Positions 22,950 through 32,403 of a DNA stretch of 39,040 nt are shown here, in pieces. This DNA comes from Asterionella formosa (Eukaryota). Location of the stretch: positions 1-39,040 of the forward strand of contig NKIB01014986.1 in the NCBI GenBank assembly GCA_002256025.1. The letters run 5' to 3'. Position 1 is the stretch's first letter. The number at the start of each line of letters is the position of its first letter. The notes under the pieces were generated by a model. It saw only the letters and a program-made list of their open reading frames with translations. It had not been told where the DNA came from and made no database searches. Made by a program: the position numbers and the translations under genes.

Positions 22950-24138
22950 TTGCGCTGGACGTGGGATCGATAAAAGATGAAACATCCACCCAGTATTGGG
23001 CAGCTTGACCTATCCTGAATCTGATTCCTTGGGAATGTATTTCATTGAGTCAAGTCTGCACTTTGCACCAATGAGCAGGTGAAAAAAGGCACATCCCAGT
23101 CTGTTATCCAACATTTTTTTGTTCATTCACTCTTAGTTCACCATGCATTCATTCATTTGATTCAATGGTTGCTGGGGAAAAAATCATTATTGATCATGCC
23201 TGCACATTGCCATGCATGGTATACACCTAATAAATGCTCTTGATGCATGCCTCCCGCCTTCTTTATACTCTGATTCTGAAACTTGTCTCACTGGTGCTTG
23301 CTGCAACTCCCCCTTCCTTTTGTTCCAATTCTGAATTCACATGTGCTATTCCATTGTTTATCCATTTTGTTTTCCTAATCATACTAACAATGAAGAGGTA
23401 TAAATCGTTAGTCATGTTTGGTTAAAACCTATACATGCAGTTCAATTTGACCTTGCTTCACTTATCAGAAATTGATGCACTTTTTGCATATTTCTGTAAA
23501 ATAATGGCTATGCCAATCAAAAATTGCATAAGTACACGACACCAATATATCGTTCCACCAATGTCATTTATACCTTACAACCAATACTGTTTGATTTCAA
23601 TTATCCTGAAATATAAACATGCATGTGTCAGTTATGTTCTAACAGTTCTTGTGCATTGATCCAAGAAGAGCACTTAACAATTTGGTTTTGTCCAAATTGG
23701 TGGCTTGTTCCCATGGAATGGAAAATGAGCTATTAAATCACCTAAAAAGAACAAAGCAATCATTTAGTCTTTTTCAAACCAACAATCGATCGTCCTATCA
23801 TGTGCCCTTCATGTGCCATAGATAGATTCACTTTATCATTTTGTTGGAGCGTCATTTCAGTTTTCCTTGTCATGTGGCTGACTGATGTGATCTTTCAATT
23901 CAGGAATTGTACCATTATGCATGAAAAGTAACATTTAAACACGATTTCAAATGTATTAGCCATGTAAATACATTGATAAAAATTATGAAAATGTATAAAT
24001 ATTTATACCGTTGAACATTTGCATTGTTCAAAGACACTCTTTATATCGCACATCATGTGTATACTATCATCAGTTAAGCAAATTTATACATAATTCAAAT
24101 ATATACAAGGCATGATAATTGTTAAATTGTCTATTGTT

Positions 24139-25130
24139 TTACTTGACAAAGAATACACATGGATCGACCTTGCTTTGCCGCAATCCAACTTTAGTTAAGT
24201 TTTGAACCATCTTCTTGAAGAATTGTAGCGCTGCTTGAACTGTGCCATACATGGCCTTCTCCAACTTAATGCATTTGTTTTTCATTGTTTCTTGTGTTTC
24301 GAAACCAAAGTCTAAAACCCCATCTGGCCATTCAATACAGATTTGCTCTTCCATATCTCCTTCAGGAAAAGCAGCTTCAACATCAATGATTTCACAAACC
24401 CATCGTTTTTCTTCAGTTTTATCCCATTTGTATAACGAGAGAGCGAATATCATACGCATTGAAGCATCTGTTGCAACTGGAGCAAATGAATCAGTGAAAT
24501 CCAGTCCCGGGATCTGAACATAGCCTTTCACTACAATACGTCCTTTGTATTGAATACTTTTATCCAGCTTGGATTTCTTCTTGAATAACCAGCGTGTGCC
24601 TAACGGTTTTCTGCCCTTGAGATTGTCACGAGGAACCATTTTCCAAACATTTCGCTTGTAGAAATTGTTGATCTCATTTTTAATAGCAACGGTCCACTGC
24701 TTGTTCTCATCTCGTTTCATAGCCTCCTTGTAATGCTTTGGCTCACCAGGATCTGAAACAAGAGTAGTAGAATACGCATAGAACCTCTCTACTCCTTCTT
24801 TACTTTGAAATAGTTTATCATCGTCTTGATAGGCCGCTACAGCATAATCGATTTCTTCAATTGATCCTTTGTCCTTGTCATCTAGTTGTAAGTTGCGCCG
24901 AGCACTGGTGCGTTTGCCAGTAACTTCTTTCCAACCATCAAGGCGTTTCAATTATCGTTCCAATTTTGCTTTCTTCGAAGCATCTTTGTTGATCTCATCA
25001 TCTAACTTCCCCACTGCTTCGGATAGCTGAAATCTTGTTTGTTTCACAACTGGAACAGGTGTTTCCAAATCAAGATCCTGCTCTTTTTTCAATAAGTGTC
25101 GCATGTTTTGGGTCTTGGTTTCTAATCACT
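24139..25130 (-). mobile_element. Truncated Ty1/copia reverse transcriptase fragment (different lineage from the CoDi-like relics)
   Basis: EPKHYKEAM, GTRWLFKKK, YKGRIVVKGYVQIPGLDFTDSFAPVA, DVEAAF, LEKAMYGTVQAA, DPCVF; ends abruptly before YVDD; frame continues upstream through one stop (KLER*LKRL). Confidence 0.92.
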
Positions 25131-25459
25131 ACTAAAAATATTGATTCTCGACTCATTGGATTCCATATATTTTCTCAGATAATATCATTGTTTTCCAAGA
25201 CCTGATGTACTGTTTTTGAACTTTTTCCATATCAAGCAATTCTTTACCTATAAGTAATCCATTTAATTAGAGCTAAGCCCCTAAGCAACTAGCGGGAGTC
25301 ATGCAGCATTTTTCATTTGGTACAAATCATTATGTTGATTTGACCATATATAGACCGACCATCAAAATAGTCACAGCTTACAGTATACTTGGTTCTTACT
25401 CATATAATGAGAGTACCATAATACAGCAGAAAACTGAATATAATTGTTTAGGATCCTTT

Positions 25460-25868
25460 TTTCGTACTTTTAGCTAATATCAATTTATCCTAAAAATTGA
25501 ATTATATTTTCGATGATTCACTTGTTTCTCATATCAATGACACCGTTTATAATATGATCAATATGCTTTGATCGAACGTATAGGATGTACAAATCAAACT
25601 GCATTAATTACAAATCATACTTTCTACGTAGAAATGATTACCAGTAAAATTAGATGATGTATAACAACATTGAATTCCTTTTATCTTACTTTTAGTATCA
25701 ATTTATCCTACTACTTAAAATGAATTTTGATCGTTCCTCATTTTCTCATATAAATGACAGTATTTATCTTATTTTTAATATGCTTTTATCGAAAGTATAG
25801 GATATAAGAATCAAACTTTACAGATCATACTTTCCGGTCAGAAATGATGATTGCCAGTTGAATTAGAG
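25460..25868 (+). repeat. Diverged tandem duplication of a ~220 bp AT-rich unit
   Basis: Collinear blocks TATCAATTTATCCTA, TTTCTCATAT.AATGACA, AATATGCTTT.ATCGAA.GTATAGGAT, AATCAAACT, ATCATACTTTC, AGAAATGAT in both copies. Confidence 0.8.
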
Positions 25869-27235
25869 AATCACCAAAACTATGTCGGATCCCATAGGAT
25901 TCTTATCGTGTTTCCATGTGTAAGCATATGCACCTGTATAGCATAGAACACAGAAATGATCATCATACTACCAAATTTTTCCATCCTGTAGGATTAGTGC
26001 CACAGGCGTAACTCATGAAAGGGAGGAGTCATGTATGCACCTGTTTATACAATACGAAAATGATCGAAATATTCTCAAGTACATAACAAGTAAGTACCAG
26101 TAATTTAATTCCCAAGTGAACAATTTCTAATGCAGCCATACTTCTAGTCAACATGTAGTTCTATGCACAATGATAGTAGCTACTGCTACTCTGGCAGCAA
26201 TACACCATGTCAAAAGCCAATTCCTTGATTGATCACGGCAATATTTATATGAGTTGAATGATTACATCAGGAGAATACAAGTGCCAACAACGTCCCTACT
26301 GGAACAACCACGACGAATGAGAGTAAAATTACCAGGTGGTTCTGTACCATACTACCAGCGGAAATTTAGTGATGCTAACAGACTGTGTACCTGCCTGGTA
26401 CTAGGTTTAATACTGGTATGACAGGAAAATGCTGCTGGTACTAGGTCTATGGTGGTACCAGGCTGTGCATTCATACACAGCCTACTGCCAGTACCTCTGG
26501 TCTTGCTCCTGACATTTCTCTACCTTTCTCTTAGGAGTCTGTAGATTCCCTACTCAGTCTATGGTGCCAGCACTTCATTAATTGCTGGCATTTCCCTACC
26601 TTCCTCATTTTGCCAACTAGGATTATGCTCATATAATTGAAAACATCAGTTTTGTCAACCAAATTTACATTCATTCCTTTCTTTCATTCTTCAATCCCCT
26701 AGATTCAATACTGCTTGCCACTTGATTCCTACACAATCTACTAGCTTGCTACTCTACCACCTACCTTGGATCCCTACAAGAAGATCCACCCTTCTTGATT
26801 TTCCCACACAGCTTGTTACTTCAGTTCTACACAACCTTTGATCCTTAAACAAGAATCTGTCAACTTCTGATCCCTGACACTACAGCCTACTCTTCTGGTC
26901 CTTTCTATTGATCCACCACTTTCTTATCTGAGTCTACTACCTCCCATCTTAAGACTCGATCTTTCTTGTTAATCACTACACCATCAAGTGGCATATTGAC
27001 TTGCAGTATATTATCTGCTACATTTATTTTTCTGTACCTACCTTTTACACCGCCATTTTAATCAGGCATTATTAGGTATTATTGTATACCGGTATAGCAT
27101 AGCGGTATGTGCCGTACAAATTGAATTGTTCCAGATAATGTACGATATATTTGATGCATGGCCACCACCCGGCATCATTGAACTCATCCAATCCCACACT
27201 GAGAACCCATTCAACCACCGTACCTCGACCCACAA

Positions 27236-28000
27236 ATGAGAGAACGAGACTTTTACATCATGTTTCTCGTTGCCGCTGCTATTTTCATCCTCACAGTAGA
27301 TCGACTAGGTGTCAGAAGTGCTGCTAGAAAGAAATCATCCTTGAAGCCTTCCCGTTCATCAGCCCAAACACCCTCCTTGCAAATGTCACCATCTCCTCGA
27401 ATCTTATGCTACGGAGATTCACTCACAGCGGGATTATCGCCGCCTCTTAACGAGATGCATCCGTATGCACCATACTTAGAACAGGCATTGCATCAACAAA
27501 CGTCTCTCAGTAATGCCATTGTCCGGCATCGTGGGCTGCCTGGATGGACATCGTCACAAATGTTAGCCGAGGCGAATGGCGACCAGACTGGGCTACGTTC
27601 AGCGATTCAGTTGGGAGCTCCAATTGACGTGGTAATTATATTGGCTGGAACCAATGACTTAGCATATGTAGAGCAAGTTCAGCCTATTCTCGAGGCTATA
27701 CTTGCGATGCATCAGTTGTGTTATGACGAGGGTGTCCAACATACGATTGCATTGGGGATTCCTTCGTCGGGTTACCAGTCGGTCAATCAGCCGGTGAGTT
27801 TGCTGGCTGAATCTATCAACACGGAGCTAGCCAATTTCGCGCAACGAGAACCCAGAGCAACATTTGTTCCCTTCCCGTTTGCCTTTTCAGACGGAGATGA
27901 TAAGTGGGCACCAGATGGACTCCATTTTACACCGCATGGATATCAAGTTTTGGGGTCAGCTCTAGCACCGACTGTAGAATCTATATTGAAAATCAGCTAG
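27236..28000 (+). CDS. SGNH/GDSL hydrolase (esterase/lipase) with N-terminal hydrophobic anchor
   Basis: 254 aa; block I ILCYGDSLTAG, block II GLPG, block III LAGTND, block V DGLH. Confidence 0.92.
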   Translation: MRERDFYIMFLVAAAIFILTVDRLGVRSAARKKSSLKPSRSSAQTPSLQMSPSPRILCYGDSLTAGLSPPLNEMHPYAPYLEQALHQQTSLSNAIVRHRGLPGWTSSQMLAEANGDQTGLRSAIQLGAPIDVVIILAGTNDLAYVEQVQPILEAILAMHQLCYDEGVQHTIALGIPSSGYQSVNQPVSLLAESINTELANFAQREPRATFVPFPFAFSDGDDKWAPDGLHFTPHGYQVLGSALAPTVESILKIS

Positions 28001-28084
28001 TTATGAATTCCAACCAATAGTATTTTAATCCCAACCCAAGTACTGGAAAGGCAAACAGTCTTGTGCAACAGGTGTGTTTTACTA

Positions 28085-28095
28085 GGAATCGAACC
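28085..28095 (-). promoter_or_regulatory. Consensus RNA Pol III B-box downstream of U6
   Basis: Minus strand GGTTCGATTCC, a perfect GGTTCRANTCC match, same orientation as U6; function inferred. Confidence 0.6.
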
Positions 28096-28210
28096 TACAA
28101 CTCCATCTTTAAAAGTAGGAAAAAGCACTAAAGATCGCACTTTTTAAATCATCCGACATTTCGTCTTTCCTTATTGATATATAGACAGAATGTTGATCGA
28201 GTGGGCAAAC

Positions 28211-28321
28211 AAAAAAAAGGTTTGCTTCTCTTCGATTATGCGTGTCATTCTTGCTCAGAGACCATGCTAATCTTCTCTGTATATTTAAGCGTTTGTTTAA
28301 AGTCCGGCACAAGTGCCGGAC
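28211..28321 (-). ncRNA. U6: U6 spliceosomal snRNA
   Basis: Minus strand: 5' hairpin GTCCGGCAC-TT-GTGCCGGAC, ATACAGAGAAGATTAGCATGG core, ISL TCTCTGAGCAAGAATGACACGCA, T8 terminator; TATA-like TTAAATAT near -30. Confidence 0.93.
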
Positions 28322-28412
28322 AAAACATGTTGGGAAATTAAAATATTTAATGTTTACAATGTTTCACTCCTTCACGTCTGAGTTGTAACAAAACCTCACA
28401 GGAGGAGAAACA

Positions 28413-28615
28413 CCTGTGCAAGTGCGGTCATTTTGCTAGCAACAATTTAATCTGGGATAAAGAAAGCTAAATCCTCAGCAGAGCGAAATTACCGCAACTT
28501 TCCTGCTTGAATAAAATTTTTAATCTTGGATAAAGATAGCTAAATCTTCATCCCAGATGCTATCTTTATCCCAGATTAAAATGTTTATTTAAGGAAAATG
28601 ACCGCAACTTGCAGG
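28413..28615. mobile_element. MITE family B, 203-bp copy just upstream of U6
   Basis: CCTG(TG)CAAGTGCGGTCATTTT ... AAAATGACCGCAACTTGCAGG|TA; internal AATCTKGGATAAAGAWAGC twice direct and once inverted. Confidence 0.8.
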
Positions 28616-28621
28616 TATTGA

Positions 28622-28822
28622 GTACCAGGTAGCTGGTCCTAAAACCTAAAACTACCGTATATCATATGAAAAATACTAAAAAAAACAGAGGTAGATGAAC
28701 CTAACTACAGGTACCAGTTAGATGGTACCTGGTACTCCACAAGGTAACCGAGTACGGTACCGGTACTCGTAGCACCGCGGGTTTTCCAGAGAGCAATCAC
28801 AGGCCCCAGTACTGGTAGTACC
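28622..28822. repeat. Scattered GTAC-palindrome cluster between U6 and HPRT promoters
   Basis: GTACCAGGTA, TACAGGTACCAG, GGTACCTGGTACTCC, GTACGGTACCGGTACTCGTA, GTACTGGTAGTACC. Confidence 0.8.
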
Positions 28823-28937
28823 CCTGATGAGGCATTTGTGTATTAGTTGCACCAATTGCTTCGTCATGGCTAGCCATCAGTTGAAGATAATAATACAATT
28901 GTCTTTATGAAACACTGTGGTGAACACCCATTGTAAA

Positions 28938-29761
28938 ATGAGCGATCGACTAGAGCCACTCTTTATTCCAGATGAAGCAAGGACCACAACCTCGGAAAGG
29001 ACGGTAAGTCCCCTTTTCTGTCGTGAAGTGAATTCGCCCGTTGTGCAAGAAATCATGCCCTCACTGACTCATTTGCCATTCTTCCTTGCGTCGAACAGAT
29101 TTACCCACCAGAGTATGAAGGCCATTTCGAGAGTTTGATGGTATCTTCTGTCGAAATAAAAGGTCGAGTCAAGAGTTTGGCAACTTTGATTCATGAAGAC
29201 TATCTGAATGAAAGGCCAGTAATGGTCTGTGTCCTCAAAGGTGCCAATCCTGTACGTTACCGCATTGAACTTCACGGCCATTCCTCCCTTGCAAAACCTT
29301 GATGGATGTACTAACATAGTAAATAGTTCTTTCAGCATTTGTTAGAAGCCTTACAGGAGTTGAAACATGGGTACACAACAGAATTTCTGAGAGCTTCTTC
29401 CTACGAAGGACTATCGTCCACAGGTGATGTTAAACTTGGCGGAGGGCTCGATTATGAACACTTAAGGGGTCGTCATGTTATTCTTGTTGAAGATATCGTG
29501 GATACTGGTACAACTCTTGCGAATTTGATCCCAATTCTAGAGAAAGAAGCAGAGCCAAAGTCACTGCAAGTGTGCACCCTGTTGGAGAAGCGATTGCGCG
29601 AGCCACCAAAAACAAATGCCAAGTATACAGGATTCTCCATTCCAAATCATTTCATTATTGGCTATGGATTGGACTACAACGAACTTTATCGAGATGTGAA
29701 AGATATCTGGGTAATTTCGAAAGCAGGAGTGGAATTTGACCAATCTACACTGTACCCCTAG
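28938..29761 (+). CDS. HPRT: Hypoxanthine(-guanine) phosphoribosyltransferase, 3 exons
   Basis: Exons 28938-29003, 29099-29251, 29327-29761 joined by GT-AG introns (branch sites CACTGAC, TACTAAC). Motifs CVLKGANPFF, RASSY, VILVEDIVDTGTTL, FIIGYGLDYNELYRD. Confidence 0.95.
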
Positions 29762-30160
29762 AGCTTGTAGAGAAGGCATTTTGTATTCCATTCATTGTTG
29801 ATGGACTAACTGGTGGATCACAATCAATCGTATATGATGTGATGAATTAACTATATGAAATGCAGTCTGAATTTTTAGACTCATGTCACTTTCATGAGGA
29901 CAAGGGCATATTTTGGCTTTGATTGCTCTGATACAGGCAGATGCCCTTGATCTCTGAATAATGTAGTTGATAATTTTTACCATATTGACTACCAGTGTAC
30001 CAGGGACATATGGAAAACATGCTTGTACACATAGACGAGAATTTTTGATACACATTTCAAAATTTGCTGCAAAAACTAAAGGCATTATATTTCAATGTCC
30101 TATGGGATGGACCAGCAGGGTAAAATGCATGCACGCTGGCCTTCCTACTGAGGAAACTTT

Positions 30161-30232
30161 TAACTTAAGCTGGAAACTGACATCTTGCTTAAACTTAAGC
30201 AGTGAATGCCAATCTTGCTTAAACTTAAGCAG
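30161..30232. repeat. 30-bp-period array with palindromic core GCTTAAACTTAAGC
   Basis: ATCTTGCTTAAACTTAAGCAG at 30182 and 30212; partial AACTTAAGC at 30162. Confidence 0.8.
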
Positions 30233-31039
30233 CAAACAGACTTCTAATTACATTAGGGATAGGGGATGTCTTTGTTTTCAGACTACTGTTACCCAGTACT
30301 GGTAGCAGGATGGAGGGGAGCTATCAAATAACATAACAACAGTCCTGGAAAACCTAAATGTTCTTGTCAGCCCATCGACTGTGATGTAGGACAACAAAAA
30401 TATAATGAAAAATGCAAAATATTTTTATTAGACTACTGGTATATAATATTATACTATTTTTACAAATAAAATAGTATTATTCCTATGGGAATTAGTTAGT
30501 TTTTATAGCGAGTGTGGACTCAATTAAAATGCACCCAGAGTAAAGTGACTTGGTGGTGGAACAGCAATATGACAATGACAATCACATGGTGATCCAACTA
30601 TTCTAAACAGATAAATAGTGAATTATAAATCAATTTTTGTTCTGGGCCTGATCTCTTTTAGAAAATGGAGCATTGTAGCTAGAATGGTGCATATGTACAA
30701 ATAAGACGCGTTTCAATGCAACAATGAGGCATCGTTGTTGTTGAGCCCAATTGTGGGTTTCTGATTCACTGTTTCTGCTATATCTAAATGAATATTGTAG
30801 GGACAATTAAAATCGTTTACAATACGCTAGTGACTATACATAATTGAACAAAACATTCTATATTCTATATATTACAGGCGGGGAAGGTAGATTGTTCACA
30901 CGCTGGCTGCCAAAACCCCTCCATTATAGAATGAAATCAAATCAATGAATTATTCTGTCATGGTTGTCAATGTCCACCTCCACATTTCCACCATTAGCCT
31001 CCATAAATACCATTGCAAATTCTATTACCTGCTCTATCG

Positions 31040-31970
31040 CCTCAAATTGAATAGGTAACAACCCTGACTCTGCAATGCCTCTTTTCCCATATGTGGAGCG
31101 AATCTTGTAATTGTTTCCGCCGTGGTATAATAAAAAATTTCCAAACAACTATGCAATATGAATTTTAAATCATTAAACTTCCTTGGACAAAAAATTGATA
31201 TACCACAGTGACAGCCTCAATCAACAAGTCTACATCGTCCCTGCTGGGCTCCTCAACAGAATGCCACTGAGGACAAGCCTGTAAAGCACGGAAAAAAATA
31301 AATCATTCACATTCAGATCAGGAAAGTTTGGCAACTGCAGCGTTTTAGTAATAATACATCCCACACTAGGTCCAACTTCAACAAACCTTGCACATTCCAG
31401 CCCAAAATGAGTTGTCACAATATTGTGTTGAAGAAATACAGTTCTGGGTTCAAGAGTTCCATTGTTAGCTAGGCCATTTAGCAGGGATCACCAGAATAGC
31501 CTTGTTTAAAATGAAATCTTGATAAATCTCCTTTGTTAGATTTACCAACTTAGTCTCTAGAACACCCCTGTCTCTGTTAGCCAACTTCCTGGTTGCAGGA
31601 ATCTGCTCCAATTTTGCCATCAAATCACATCTCCCTGGTAGCATTGTGTCTTGGTCTTGCAACAACACTTACTAGAAACATGACTTTTTAAATATGAGAC
31701 TTGGTGTAACAAACATTCCTTTCTGGTGGTACCAGGTACCTTATCTTGTGCTAGATGTATCTTCTGATAAGCCTTTTTTACAAAGAACCATATTTTGTCT
31801 ATATGGATATCATGATAGAAGTGATCATAGAAACCAAACTTACTAGGATCGAATGGTTCATGATTCACCTGATCAGGGTGATTCAATTGCAAATGATCGA
31901 AGCATAGAACACACAATTTAAATCATTTTGTTGTTAACAATGATTTGATTGCATTTGTGTGTGGTATATA
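31040..31970 (-). mobile_element. Degenerate mariner-like (DD39D, plant/oomycete-type) transposase
   Basis: HTNAIKSLLT, IHIDKIWF, KVMFL..VARPR, FDGKIG, NRDRGVLETK, IPAKWP, QLPNFPDLNVNDL.FF, GGNNYKI across shifted frames. Confidence 0.85.
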
Positions 31971-32403
31971 GCTACGGGGGGTAGATATTAACTATTATTT
32001 CAGATATCACAGTGTGGTACAACAGGGAATGTAGTTAGAACGCCACACCACATATTACCGGTACAAGGTATGATTCACCTGTGTACCGGTAGTTACATTC
32101 ATACATTTAGAATTTACGTATTTCATGTACAGGCACTGTTTTACACAAAATATATGAATATGATATATAGGATACAGTATCTCTGGCATCAAACAAAGGC
32201 CATCTCCGTCAATCTATTATCAACTTCAAAATAGCATTCTCATTACCCACACTACTCCTTGAACTCTGACTCTTGGAAGCAATCCGGCGCTGTAGCAACC
32301 CAACTATTATTCACTGCTACTGCTCCTAGTGAAGAAATTGACGCTCGAGAGTTTCTGACTATTCATTCTACCAGGAAAACTACTGGTATCGATCACCTTA
32401 GCA

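Noticed and set aside
28060..28160. tRNA gene around the GGTTCGATTCC motif
   Set aside because: Only a T-arm-like hairpin; no acceptor, D or anticodon stems could be built.
30161..30232. CRISPR-like repeat-spacer array
   Set aside because: Eukaryotic context, only 2.5 units, 9-nt spacers, no cas genes.
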